Source: Corynebacterium sp. (GTDB lineage: Bacteria > Actinomycetota > Actinomycetes > Mycobacteriales > Mycobacteriaceae). Taken from it: DNA of 64,000 nt. Below the pieces are notes generated by a model, which saw only the letters and a list, made by a program, of their open reading frames with translations, was not told the origin of the DNA and ran no database searches. The stretch covers positions 161-64,160 of the forward strand of contig NZ_JBQEDF010000012.1 of NCBI RefSeq assembly GCF_052107835.1, given 5' to 3'. The translations under genes and the position numbers were made by a program. This document shows, piece by piece, positions 34,153 through 43,900 of this stretch. Numbering within the stretch: the first letter of the stretch is position 1; every line of letters starts with the position of its first letter.

Positions 34153-35625
34153 ATGGATTCCCGAACACGCACCGTCGGCCTGGTACTGGCTCTCGCCGGG
34201 TTACTCATTGTCGTCGACACCACCGTGACCGTTGCGGCCCTTCCGGCCATCGTCGCTGACCTGGACACCACACTGCCCCGCGGGTCGTGGATGACGACCG
34301 GGTACATTCTCGGACTCATCGCGGTGATTCCACTGAGTGGCTGGCTCGCTGGACGGTACGGCGACAGGAATGTCTATCTTGCGGGTCTCGGCGTATTCGT
34401 CGTGGCCTCCGTCGCCGCCGGATTCTCCCCGGATGTCGGATGGCTCATCGCTTTCCGCGTACTCCAGGGGCTGGGCGGCGGCGTCCTGAATCCACTGGGC
34501 CAGGCCATTGCCCTGCGCAGTGCCCCCAGGAAACACCGGGGAAAGGTGATGAGCCTGGTCGGGTTGCCCGTACTGATAGGTCCCGTGCTGGGTACGCCGC
34601 TGTCGGCACTGCTCGTTGACACCGCCTCGTGGCGGTGGCTGTTCTGGATCAATCTTCCCTTCGGTGCTGTCGCCCTTGTGCTCTGCCTGAGGTATCTCCC
34701 GGACGCTCAGCGCAGCGACGATGAGGGGAGAGTGGACGTGATCGGTTTGCTGCTCGTGGTTACCGGCTGTGTCAGCCTGGTCCTGGCGGGTACCTCCATC
34801 GGGGATTCCGGACGTCTCACCGTTGGTACCGCTGCCACGGCCGTGGCTGGGCTCGTGATGTTGGGCGGATTCGCACGCCGTAGCCTGGGCCGCCGCAATC
34901 CGCTCGTTCACGTGGGACTGCTCGCACGACGCGAGGTTGTGTCCGGGGCCGTGATCTCGTTGTGCTTCGCCGGCGGCTACTTCGGGTCCATGGCCATCGT
35001 CCCCGCCTTCGTTCAGGGCGTACGCGGGGATCCTGTGTCCGTCGCCGGTGTCCTGGCGATCCCCACTGGACTGGCCGTGGGAATCACACTGCAGGTGGCG
35101 ACCAGACTGGTTGACCGCATCGACCCGCGCCGCGTGATCATGACCGGGACCGCAACGGCGCTGTGCGGGGCCCTGGGCCTCGGACTCGCGTTGAGTCTCA
35201 ATGCGCCCTACCCGTTCATCGGGGTGGTGAGCATGCTGGTCGGCATCGGATCGGGTGCCACGCTCATGCCCACCACCGTAGCGGCGACACGCACGTTGGA
35301 CGGTGGGGAGCTTCCCCGGGCCACCACGCTTCTCAACCTGTTCAGCCAACTCGGCAACGCGCTGGGGACGGCGCTCGTCGCTTCGACCATCACCGTGCTG
35401 GTTGGGCGTCGGGCCGATGACATCGGTGCCGGCGACCGGGGAGGACTGGCCGCGATGGTCGCGCTCGACCCCGGCGAGCGGGCGCAGCTGGCGGGGGAGC
35501 TCTCCGCGGGAGTCGGTCTGAGCTACATCACCCCGGCCATCCTCATCATGGCGGCGCTGGCGACCGCGGTACTGGGCATGCGGGCCAGGTTGTCCGCACC
35601 CTCACCCCAGTCCGGCAGCACGTAG
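34153..35625 (+). CDS. MFS drug/H+ antiporter, DHA2 (EmrB/QacA) family, 14-TMS type
   Basis: 490 aa from ATG 34153 with VDTTVTVAALPAIVADLD, GRYGDRNVYLAGLGVFVVAS and FRVLQGLGGG. Confidence 0.85.
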   Translation: MDSRTRTVGLVLALAGLLIVVDTTVTVAALPAIVADLDTTLPRGSWMTTGYILGLIAVIPLSGWLAGRYGDRNVYLAGLGVFVVASVAAGFSPDVGWLIAFRVLQGLGGGVLNPLGQAIALRSAPRKHRGKVMSLVGLPVLIGPVLGTPLSALLVDTASWRWLFWINLPFGAVALVLCLRYLPDAQRSDDEGRVDVIGLLLVVTGCVSLVLAGTSIGDSGRLTVGTAATAVAGLVMLGGFARRSLGRRNPLVHVGLLARREVVSGAVISLCFAGGYFGSMAIVPAFVQGVRGDPVSVAGVLAIPTGLAVGITLQVATRLVDRIDPRRVIMTGTATALCGALGLGLALSLNAPYPFIGVVSMLVGIGSGATLMPTTVAATRTLDGGELPRATTLLNLFSQLGNALGTALVASTITVLVGRRADDIGAGDRGGLAAMVALDPGERAQLAGELSAGVGLSYITPAILIMAALATAVLGMRARLSAPSPQSGST

Positions 35626-35955
35626 CAGTGCGGCGCACCCCATGGCGAGCAGGACGGCAATGATCATCGGGACGCGGAGGAACAGGGCGGCGACACCGAC
35701 GCCGACACCGATCATGCGGGCGGAGGTGGAGAGATCCTGCCCGTCGAACACGGTCTGGGTGGCGGCGACGGCGAGGATGATGACCACTGTCGCCCGGTCC
35801 ATCCACGTCCGGATGTCCGCGCCGGGGCCACCATCGACCTGCTGCTCCGGGGTGCCGGCCAGACGTGCACCCCACCACACGCCGGCGAGTCGGATCAGGT
35901 AGGTGACGACGACGAGGGTTCCTGCCGCGGCGAGGAAGGCCATTGTGTCCATCAT
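35602..35955 (-). CDS. azlD: Branched-chain amino acid exporter small subunit
   Basis: 117 aa hydrophobic protein (MMDTMAFLAAAGTLVVVTYLIRLAG...). ATGA overlap with azlC. It is the C-terminal part of the spurious 533-aa ORF-track entry. Confidence 0.7.
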   Translation of the reverse strand: MMDTMAFLAAAGTLVVVTYLIRLAGVWWGARLAGTPEQQVDGGPGADIRTWMDRATVVIILAVAATQTVFDGQDLSTSARMIGVGVGVAALFLRVPMIIAVLLAMGCAALLRAAGLG

Positions 35956-36629
35956 CGCCTCCCTGTACGGGTGGCAATGAACCACGGGACCAGGGCCACC
36001 AGTGCGCAGATCGCGGCCAGGCCTGGCGGCACCACCGGAGTCAGCAGCAGTGCCAGTGCCACTGCCATCGACGCGGTCACCACCATCGGCCGCCCCCGCA
36101 GGTCGCCGAGCACCATCGCAACGAGGATCACGGGGAAGGCGGCGTCGAACCCGAACATGTCGGTGTCGATGACCCCGGCGATGAGTTGTCCGCCGGCAGC
36201 GCCGCAGACCCAGCAGAGCCCCATGATCACGCCGAGGCCGGTGAACCTGACCCATTTCTCGCGCCTGGTGCGTCCGACCCGTCCGAAGGCGACCGTTTCG
36301 TCGTTGACCAGGTGTGCGCCGAGCACGCTGCGCCAGCCACCGGGCACGAAGGTGCCGACGTTCATCCCGTAGGCGAGATTGCGTGTGTTGACCATCGCAC
36401 CGCCGAGAACCGCGGCCACGGGGGAGCCTCCGGCGCCGAGGGTCCCGACGAAGAGGATCTCCGCGGCACCGCCGTAGGCCAGGGCGGCGAGGAACACGGT
36501 CTGCCAGAGGTGCAGGCCGGCATCGTGTGAGAGTGATCCGTAGGAGATCGCCACGGCGACGAGGGTGAGGCAGATGACGGCGCCACTGCGCCATGCAGCC
36601 GTTCCGTGTGATGGGTTCATGTTCGCCAT
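35952..36629 (-). CDS. azlC: Branched-chain amino acid exporter large subunit
   Basis: 225 aa with ...LAALAYGGAAEILFVG...VNTRNLAYGM...LVNDETVAF..., AzlC-like. Confidence 0.78.
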   Translation of the reverse strand: MANMNPSHGTAAWRSGAVICLTLVAVAISYGSLSHDAGLHLWQTVFLAALAYGGAAEILFVGTLGAGGSPVAAVLGGAMVNTRNLAYGMNVGTFVPGGWRSVLGAHLVNDETVAFGRVGRTRREKWVRFTGLGVIMGLCWVCGAAGGQLIAGVIDTDMFGFDAAFPVILVAMVLGDLRGRPMVVTASMAVALALLLTPVVPPGLAAICALVALVPWFIATRTGRR

Positions 36630-36675
36630 ACTGAACCCTACCGCCGGTGTTCGTCAAATGAGTCGTTCGTCCCGT

Positions 36676-37257
36676 ATGATGAACGCCATGGCCAGGGACA
36701 CAGACAGGGACACCCGCTACGACCACGGGCGCATGGGCGCCGCCCTGCGCACCGAACGCGAGAACGCGGGCCTCAGCCTCACCGAAGCGTCCCATAGGGC
36801 CGGGATCGGCAAATCCACCCTGTCCGTCCTGGAGTCCGGCTCCGGCAACCCCAGCGTGGAAACCCTGTGGGCACTGGCCTCCGTCTACGACATCCCCCTG
36901 TCGCGCATCATCGACCCGCCCGCGCCGGACATCGCCGTGACCAGGGTCGGCGACCTGTCCTTCCTGGAATCCGAGGAGAGCACCTACCGGGTTGCGCTGG
37001 TGACCCCGGGGGCGCCGTCGACCCGCCGTGACATCTACTACATCGCGGCGGGGCCGGACGCGGTGAAGGCGTCGCGCCCCCACCCGCGGGGAACCGTCGA
37101 GTACGTGCTCATCACGTCGGGCAGCGCTCTCATCGGGGTGGATGGCAGGGAAACCACCCTCGGTGTCGGCGACACCATCCGCTACCGGGGCGACGTCCCA
37201 CACACCTTCGAGGCAATGGAGGACGGCACCACCGCCGTCACCATCGTCGAGGGCTGA
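36676..37257 (+). CDS. XRE-family HTH regulator with a C-terminal cupin domain
   Basis: LRTERENAGLSLTEASHRAGIGKSTLSVLESGSGNPSVETLWALASVY (HTH_XRE), then a cupin beta-barrel (HPRGTVEYVLITSG...GDTIRYRGDVPHTF). The start could be ATG 36676, 36679 or 36688. Confidence 0.8.
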   Translation: MMNAMARDTDRDTRYDHGRMGAALRTERENAGLSLTEASHRAGIGKSTLSVLESGSGNPSVETLWALASVYDIPLSRIIDPPAPDIAVTRVGDLSFLESEESTYRVALVTPGAPSTRRDIYYIAAGPDAVKASRPHPRGTVEYVLITSGSALIGVDGRETTLGVGDTIRYRGDVPHTFEAMEDGTTAVTIVEG

Positions 37258-37333
37258 GCGGGGCCCGCAGGTTATTCCCCCGGGGAACCCTTTTCCTTAC
37301 CGTGTGCCCTGTACCGGGTGCTACGGTTTCCAC

Positions 37334-39961
37334 GTGCCAGCAAGTTGGAAAGTGTTCACCAGGGACCTCTCCCGGATACTACGCAAGCCCAAAGTATGGC
37401 TGATCGTGGTCGGGGTCATGATCATCCCGGCCCTGTACACCTGGTTCAACGTGGCTGCGCTCTGGGACCCGTACGACAACACCGGCGATATCGACGTCGC
37501 CGTGGTGAACGAGGACGAGGGCGGGGAATCGGACATCACCGGTCCACTCGACGTCGGCAGTCAGCTTGTCGACCAGCTGAAGGAGAATGACCAGCTGGGA
37601 TGGACGTTCATGGACTCCGATGAGGCCGATGACGCCCTCAAGGGCGGTGACATCTACGCCACCATCGAGGTCCCCCCGACTTTCACGGGGGACCTACTCA
37701 GCATGGTCGAGGGAACCTACTCCCAACCCACGCTGACCTACCGGGTCAACGAGAAGCAGAACGCCATCTCCCCGCAGATCACGGACCAGGGTGCCACCAC
37801 CCTCGATTCCACGATCAATTCGGTGGCCAAGGAGCAGATCACGGAAGCGGTCACGACCGAGATCCGGAATGCCAGCGGCGATCTCACCGATAATCTGGAT
37901 GGGGCGCAGGACGACACCGCCGACGCATTCGACGGTCTCGCAGAGACCATGTCCGACGCACGGGGTTCTGTCACGCGGATCCAGGGCGGTATCGAACGGG
38001 CAGGTCCGACCATCACGGCGACGCAGGACACACTGAGATCCGTCGACACGACCCTGGGCACCGCCCAGACGGCGCTCGGCGAAGTGCAGTCGATCATGAC
38101 CGAGGTCCAGGAACAGATCGCCGGCTTCTCCGACGCCGCGACCACCGCCTACCTGGAGGGAACGTCGGCGCTGGCGGATGCAACCTCGTCGGCGAACTCC
38201 GCGATCTCATCGGCCACCGGTGAGCTCGAACGGGCCGGGGCCAGTATCGACACCGCGACCAGGGACGCGTCGGGCGCCCTCCGGCAGGGTGAACGGGCCA
38301 TCGGACAGTTGCAGGATCTCCTCGACGGGGCCGCGGTGACACCGGCAGTGGCGCAGCCGCTGCAGGACGCGCTCGACGACCTCGAGGAGCGCAACTCCAC
38401 GAACCGCCAACTCCTCGACAACCTCGAGACGCTGCAGGGCGATGCGTCCGGCGCGGTCGGTGTCGTGGAGGAGGCGGCGGACGCGCTGGAACGGGCCACC
38501 AGCAACTCCCGTGAAGAAGCCCAGGGAATGCAGTCGTCCGCCAGTGATTCGCTGCCTGATCTCAACGGGGCCATTTCCCGGGTCTCCGCGACCGCAGGCA
38601 ACTTCTCCGGCGCCCTGGGATCCACCCAGACCCTGCTGCAGGAGTCCGTCGGGCTCCTGGACGGAGTCGGCGGCACACTGGAGGAGTCCGACGGGGTCCT
38701 GGAGAATTTCAAGGGTGAGTTGACGGGAATCGAGGATGGCCTGGAGACCGCCCGGGCGGATGTCCTCGCACTCAACGCGACGTCGGAGGGAGGCCTCCTG
38801 GACACCGTGAACAACCTGGATTCCGTGGGAATCTCCCAGTTCATGGCCACGCCCGCGGAGGTGGACAGCCATTCGGTGTACCCGGTCGGGAACTACGGTT
38901 CGGGGATGTCGGCCCTGTTCACCAACCTGACACTGTGGATCGGCGCCTTCATGCTGATGCTGATCTTCCGGACGGAGGTGGACACCGAGGGCTTCAAGAA
39001 GCTGACTGTCGGCCAGGCCTACCGTGGCCGTCTTCTGCTGCTCGCCACCCTGGGTGTGTGCCAGGCGCTGGTTGTCTCGGTGGGAAACCTGGTCATCGGG
39101 GTGCAGACGGTCAATCCGTTCATCTTCGTCGGCACCAGCGTGCTCATCGGCCTGAGTTACCTGACGATCGTCTACGGGCTGATCTCCACCCTGGGCCACG
39201 TCGGTCGTGTGATTGCGGTGGTGCTGGTCTTCCTGCAGATCCCCGGGGCCTCCGGAATGTATCCGATCGAGATGACGCCCGGGTTCTTCCAGGCAATATC
39301 CCCGTTCCTGCCGTTCACCTACGGCATAGACGCGCTCCGGGAGACCGTCGGCGGCTTCTACGGCAACCACTACTGGAAGGCAATGGGCGTCCTTGCCGGG
39401 ATGGCCCTGGTGGCCCTCGTGGCCGGGACGCTGCTGCGGCGCTGGATGTCCAACGTGAACCTGCTGGTGAACCGCCAGCTCGATTCCGGCGGACTGGTGG
39501 TCAGTGAGGACGTGCAGGTCGTGGGCAGCAGTTACCGGCTGACGGATATGATCCACGCGCTGCGTGACCGGGACGCCTACCGGGAGGAGATCGATCAGCG
39601 GTGGAAACCGCTCAGGGACAACTACCCGAGGCTGTTGAAACTGGCCGTGATCGTCGGCGTTGCCGGGGTGCTCATCCTGGGCGTGATCGCCCGCCTGTTC
39701 ACGGAGAACAAACCCCTCATCTTCGGGCTCTTCTGCCTGTGGTGCCTGTTGGTCGTCGGCTTCATCGCCGGCCTCGAGTACATCAAGCAGAGCTTCGCCC
39801 ACGCGCAGGAACTGTCGGATCTTCCCGATGACGAGCTGCAGGCGGCCATGGCAACGCAGGGTTCCCGGTCACTGGAGGACCCCGAGGTGTCCGACGGGCC
39901 CGACGAACCCGGTGAGCCAGGTGAGTCCGTTGAGCCCGACGGGAAAGGCGGGGAGTCATGA
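37334..39961 (+). CDS. YhgE/Pip-domain membrane protein (N-terminal TM, ~480-aa extracytoplasmic Ala/Thr/Asp/Gln-rich helical region, C-terminal ABC-2-type TM bundle)
   Basis: KVFTRDLSRILRKPKVWLIVVGVMIIPALYTWFNVAALWDPYDNTG is the YhgE/Pip N-terminal signature. The C-terminal hydrophobic block is roughly 38870-39430 plus 39650-39780. Start GTG 37334 (alternative 37352). Acidic tail. Confidence 0.8.
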   Translation: MPASWKVFTRDLSRILRKPKVWLIVVGVMIIPALYTWFNVAALWDPYDNTGDIDVAVVNEDEGGESDITGPLDVGSQLVDQLKENDQLGWTFMDSDEADDALKGGDIYATIEVPPTFTGDLLSMVEGTYSQPTLTYRVNEKQNAISPQITDQGATTLDSTINSVAKEQITEAVTTEIRNASGDLTDNLDGAQDDTADAFDGLAETMSDARGSVTRIQGGIERAGPTITATQDTLRSVDTTLGTAQTALGEVQSIMTEVQEQIAGFSDAATTAYLEGTSALADATSSANSAISSATGELERAGASIDTATRDASGALRQGERAIGQLQDLLDGAAVTPAVAQPLQDALDDLEERNSTNRQLLDNLETLQGDASGAVGVVEEAADALERATSNSREEAQGMQSSASDSLPDLNGAISRVSATAGNFSGALGSTQTLLQESVGLLDGVGGTLEESDGVLENFKGELTGIEDGLETARADVLALNATSEGGLLDTVNNLDSVGISQFMATPAEVDSHSVYPVGNYGSGMSALFTNLTLWIGAFMLMLIFRTEVDTEGFKKLTVGQAYRGRLLLLATLGVCQALVVSVGNLVIGVQTVNPFIFVGTSVLIGLSYLTIVYGLISTLGHVGRVIAVVLVFLQIPGASGMYPIEMTPGFFQAISPFLPFTYGIDALRETVGGFYGNHYWKAMGVLAGMALVALVAGTLLRRWMSNVNLLVNRQLDSGGLVVSEDVQVVGSSYRLTDMIHALRDRDAYREEIDQRWKPLRDNYPRLLKLAVIVGVAGVLILGVIARLFTENKPLIFGLFCLWCLLVVGFIAGLEYIKQSFAHAQELSDLPDDELQAAMATQGSRSLEDPEVSDGPDEPGEPGESVEPDGKGGES

Positions 39962-42174
39962 AGAACATCCTGACGATCCTGCGCAATGACCTCCGCGGGG
40001 TTCGCAACAACGTGATGACCGCCATCGTGTTGTTTGGTCTGGTCATCATCCCGCTGGTGTTCTCCGTCTTCAATGTGCTCGCCAGCTGGGACCCCTTCGA
40101 GAACACCGACGAGCTCGAGATCGCCGTCGCCAGCGCGGATGAGGGACATGTCAGTGACCTGGCACCGATGGACCTCAATCTCGGCGACCAGGTCCTGTCC
40201 CAACTGAGCCGCAACGACCAGATCGACTGGGTCATCACCAACGAGGACGACGCCATCGAGGGGACGAAGTCGGGGGACTACTATGCGTCGATCGTCCTGC
40301 CCCCGGATTTCAGTACCTCGATGCTCACGTTCTACGTGACGGGCACCGAACCGTCGACGCTCGACATGTACACCAACGAGAAGAAGAACGCCCTGTCGGA
40401 GCAGATCACCATGCAGGGTGCCGACGGCATGATCGAGCAGATCAACGACAACTTCACCCGGGTCGTCAGCAATGTGGGGCTGGGGGTGGTGTCGTCCCTG
40501 TCGGACTACATGGAGCAGGACGACACGAAGGCGGCCATCGACCGCATCGAGGCGCGCGTGGAGAACGTCGGGGCACGCCTGGAGTCCGGCGCGGAGACGG
40601 TGCGTTCCCTGACCGGTCTCCTGGATTCCACGGTGACGATGGTGGATGGTGCGAGCAACATCGTCGGCGCTGCGGGCGCGCAGTTCGACGACAGCGGTGA
40701 CGGCGACGGTGACGACTCCGGTATCGGTGACGGAACCGGCGCGATCACGGGCCTCGACTCCACGCTCCAGAGCGCGACGGACTCCCTGGAGACGGCCCTG
40801 AACGCCACCGGCGACAGTTACGGTGCGGTGAGCCAGCGGCTCGACTCACTCTTCGACAGTGCCGGTTCCGCGAGCAGCACCACCGCGTCGACGTTCACCA
40901 CACTGTCCCAGGAGGTCGGCCGGCAGGTCACCAACTTCGAGTCCCTGCGCGACACCCTGGAGAGCAATGTGTCCGGTGTCCTCCCGGACGTGGCCGAGCC
41001 CGGTTTCGACAGGATGATGGCGCAGCTGGACGCCGCCATCGACCGTAGCTCCGACCTGCAGGAGAACCTGGCGCAGACCGGGCAGGACATCGAGCAGGGG
41101 AACCAGTCGGCGCAGGAGACCCGTCAGAGCACCGAGGAGGCGATCGGCCGGGCCCAGGACGCCGCCAGCGGCGCGGTGACGTCCTACCAGGAAGACCTGA
41201 AGCCCCAACTGTCGCAGCTCGGTGAGACGTTGGGGACCATCGGCGACAACGTGGACAGTGTCAAGGAGGACATCGACGGAATCACGGCAACCATGTCGGG
41301 TTCCGACGGCTCGCTGGGCAACACGCTTGAACGGCTGCGGAACGGCACCACCGAACTCGCCGATTCCCTCGACGGCCATGCCGGACGGTTCAACGAACTG
41401 ACGGACGCCCTGTCGACCGCCGGCGAGTCGGGGGACTTCTCCAGGTTGGCCGGCGTCGTGGGAGATGATCCGGAAGCGCTGGCGTCGCAGCTGTCCTCGC
41501 CGATCGACATTGAGCGTGATCCGGTGTTCCCGGTCGCCAGCTTCGGTGCTGGTATGGCACCGATGTACATCGTGCTGTCCCTGTGGGTCGGGGCGGTGCT
41601 CGCGACCGTGCTCGTGCGCACCAATGTCCCCGGTAGTGCGCCGCTGGCGGACAAGGAGGACCAGACGTACACGCGGACGCAGGCATTCTTCGGGCGCTTC
41701 GGCATCTTCGCCCTCATCGGACTGGCGCAGAGCACCCTGGTGGCCCTCGGCCAGATCATCTTCGTGCAGGTTGAGGCAGAGCATCCGTTCCTGCTGCTGG
41801 TGAGTGCATGGGTGACGTCACTGGTCTTCATGTTGATCGTCTACACACTGGTGCTGTCGTTCGGCAGTGTGGGTAAGGCCATTTCTGTCTTCCTGCTGGT
41901 CATACAGATCTCGGGCGCCGGAGGGGCGTACCCGTTGACGCTGTTGCCGGGGTGGGTCCAGGCCGTCAGTCCGTGGCTCCCGGCGACGTACGCAATGGAC
42001 GCGGTGCGCTCCGCCATCGCCGGGATCTACCGGAATGACCTGTGGATCAACCTGGGTATGCTGCTGTTGTTCGTGGTCCCGGCGCTGATCCTGGGGCTGC
42101 TGCTGCGCCGCGCTCTGGACGGCTACAACCGCAAGACCACCGAGGCCCTGGAGGCGACGAAGATCATGAACTAG
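39958..42174 (+). CDS. YhgE/Pip-domain membrane protein, second paralogue
   Basis: MKNILTILRNDLRGVRNNVMTAIVLFGLVIIPLVFSVFNVLASWDPFENT. Same architecture as the first copy. ATGA coupling to the upstream paralogue. Confidence 0.82.
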   Translation: MKNILTILRNDLRGVRNNVMTAIVLFGLVIIPLVFSVFNVLASWDPFENTDELEIAVASADEGHVSDLAPMDLNLGDQVLSQLSRNDQIDWVITNEDDAIEGTKSGDYYASIVLPPDFSTSMLTFYVTGTEPSTLDMYTNEKKNALSEQITMQGADGMIEQINDNFTRVVSNVGLGVVSSLSDYMEQDDTKAAIDRIEARVENVGARLESGAETVRSLTGLLDSTVTMVDGASNIVGAAGAQFDDSGDGDGDDSGIGDGTGAITGLDSTLQSATDSLETALNATGDSYGAVSQRLDSLFDSAGSASSTTASTFTTLSQEVGRQVTNFESLRDTLESNVSGVLPDVAEPGFDRMMAQLDAAIDRSSDLQENLAQTGQDIEQGNQSAQETRQSTEEAIGRAQDAASGAVTSYQEDLKPQLSQLGETLGTIGDNVDSVKEDIDGITATMSGSDGSLGNTLERLRNGTTELADSLDGHAGRFNELTDALSTAGESGDFSRLAGVVGDDPEALASQLSSPIDIERDPVFPVASFGAGMAPMYIVLSLWVGAVLATVLVRTNVPGSAPLADKEDQTYTRTQAFFGRFGIFALIGLAQSTLVALGQIIFVQVEAEHPFLLLVSAWVTSLVFMLIVYTLVLSFGSVGKAISVFLLVIQISGAGGAYPLTLLPGWVQAVSPWLPATYAMDAVRSAIAGIYRNDLWINLGMLLLFVVPALILGLLLRRALDGYNRKTTEALEATKIMN

Positions 42175-43055
42175 GGCCGCGGCCTGCCCTCGATCCAGTA
42201 GGCGACCCAGTCCACGAACGCGGTGTCCACGTCCCATTCGTCCACCGCGATGCCGCGCACCGTCTTGGTCATGCCGACCTCCCCGCTGGCCCACACGTAC
42301 TCCGGTGAGGCGGACGGGTGCCCCTCGTCCGCACGGGCGCGCAGGTGCACCTCCACGCCCTCGGCCTCCATGCCGGGGGCGGCGTAGAGGATCGCCAGGG
42401 ACGCCAGTTTCTCCTGCCACTGCTCCGCCAGGCCCGGCTCCAGGTCGTCGGGGGAGTGGGCGATGACGACCACGTGGTAGCGGGTCAGGTCGTCCGGGTG
42501 GTGGTCCTCGGTGAACTCGAGGACGGCGCGCAGGGCCGGTACCGCGGACGGGTCGGCGACGAACAGGGGGCGCTCCGCGTGGCGGATCCAGATCGCGTTG
42601 GCGAGCCAGATCCCGGCGGTCGTGCCGGGCTCCACCTGTGACACCCACAGAGCACCGGGCCCGGGATGGTCGTCGTGCATCACCACGTCCACGTCGATCT
42701 CCCCGGTCTCCTGCCGGAAGTGCCGGACGGTGTACCAGCGCAGGCCGGGGCGCTCGTCCTCGTCGATGTCGGCGACGGCGGCGCGGATGTTGCGTCCCCC
42801 GGTGTCGAGCAGCTCGAACCTGCGTCCCGGCTGCGGCATGATGAGTCCGAAGAACTCGTCCGGGCCGGTGAGTTCCAGGGCGCGGAGGTCCGGGGAGGCG
42901 AGGGTCAGGCGCCGCAGGTTCGGGGCGATCAGTTCGTTCGCGGTGACGGTGACGGCGACCTGGCGTCCGGCGTTCTCGTCACCGTCGGGGTCCACGCGCC
43001 GCGGGTGCTCCTTCAGTTCGGTGTCGCGGACGGCGGAGGCGGGGAGGGTGGTCAA
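42171..43055 (-). CDS. Siderophore-interacting protein (SIP/ViuB-type ferric-siderophore reductase)
   Basis: 294 aa with LRRLTLASPDL, LRWYTVRHF (RxYT FAD motif) and PLFVADPSAVPALRAVLE. TTG start in a TTGA overlap with the ATPase stop. The exact start is uncertain. Confidence 0.8.
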   Translation of the reverse strand: MTTLPASAVRDTELKEHPRRVDPDGDENAGRQVAVTVTANELIAPNLRRLTLASPDLRALELTGPDEFFGLIMPQPGRRFELLDTGGRNIRAAVADIDEDERPGLRWYTVRHFRQETGEIDVDVVMHDDHPGPGALWVSQVEPGTTAGIWLANAIWIRHAERPLFVADPSAVPALRAVLEFTEDHHPDDLTRYHVVVIAHSPDDLEPGLAEQWQEKLASLAILYAAPGMEAEGVEVHLRARADEGHPSASPEYVWASGEVGMTKTVRGIAVDEWDVDTAFVDWVAYWIEGRPRP

Positions 43056-43900
43056 GAGTTCTCCTTTTCTATGTGGTCGCCGGCTTCCGGCGGGGCGGAC
43101 GGGACGATCAGGGGACCGCCGACCACCGGGTCGTCGATGACGGTGGCGTCGAGGTTGAAGACGTCCTTCAGAAGTGCCGGGGTGATGATCTCGGTCGGGG
43201 TGCCGGACGCGACGACATCGCCGGAGTGCATCACCACCAGGTGGTCGGAGTAGCGGATCGCCAGGTTCAGGTCGTGCAGTACCATTACCACGGTACGGTC
43301 CAACCGTCGCTTGAGGTGGCGGACCAGGTCAAGGACCTCGATGGAGTGGGACAGATCCAGGTAGGTCGTCGGTTCATCGAGGAAGAGGACCTCGGTGTGC
43401 TGGGCGAGCACCATGGAGATCCACACCCGCTGGCGCTGTCCGCCGGACAGGGAGTCCACGGGACGGTCGGCGAGGTTCGCCACGGAGGTCATCTCCAGGG
43501 CGGCCATGACCTCCTCCTCGTCGGTGGAGGACCACTGCCGGATCCAGGACTGGTGGGGGTGGCGTCCACGTGCGACCAGGTCGGAGACGATCAGCCCCGG
43601 CGGGGAGATCGGGGACTGCGGCAGGACGCCGATGATCTTCGCCAGGTCCTTGCGCCGCATGGTTCCCACGTCGGTGTCACCCAGGTGGATGTCGCCGGAC
43701 CGGGACGGCAGGAGGCGGGACACCGCGCGCAGCAGGGTGGACTTGCCGCAGCCGTTCGGCCCGATGATCGTGGTGACCTTGCCACCGGGCACGTCCAGGG
43801 TGAGGTCCTCGATGATGGGCCTGTCGGACCCGTAGCCGACAGTCAGGCCGGACGCGCTGATCGTGTGCGCATGTGGGGTGTGGGACGTTGAGGTACTCAT
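43052..43900 (-). CDS. Iron-siderophore ABC transporter ATP-binding protein (FepC/FecE-like)
   Basis: 282 aa from ATG 43900. Walker A GPNGCGKST, LSGGQRQR, Walker B LFLDEPTTYLD. ATGA overlap with the permease. Confidence 0.88.
   Translation of the reverse strand: MSTSTSHTPHAHTISASGLTVGYGSDRPIIEDLTLDVPGGKVTTIIGPNGCGKSTLLRAVSRLLPSRSGDIHLGDTDVGTMRRKDLAKIIGVLPQSPISPPGLIVSDLVARGRHPHQSWIRQWSSTDEEEVMAALEMTSVANLADRPVDSLSGGQRQRVWISMVLAQHTEVLFLDEPTTYLDLSHSIEVLDLVRHLKRRLDRTVVMVLHDLNLAIRYSDHLVVMHSGDVVASGTPTEIITPALLKDVFNLDATVIDDPVVGGPLIVPSAPPEAGDHIEKENS

Noticed and set aside
35956-37203. Upstream 416 aa of the 533-aa minus-strand ORF 35602..37203
   Set aside because: Only the last 117 aa (azlD) look like a real protein. 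The rest overlaps azlC and the XRE-cupin gene, out of frame or antisense.
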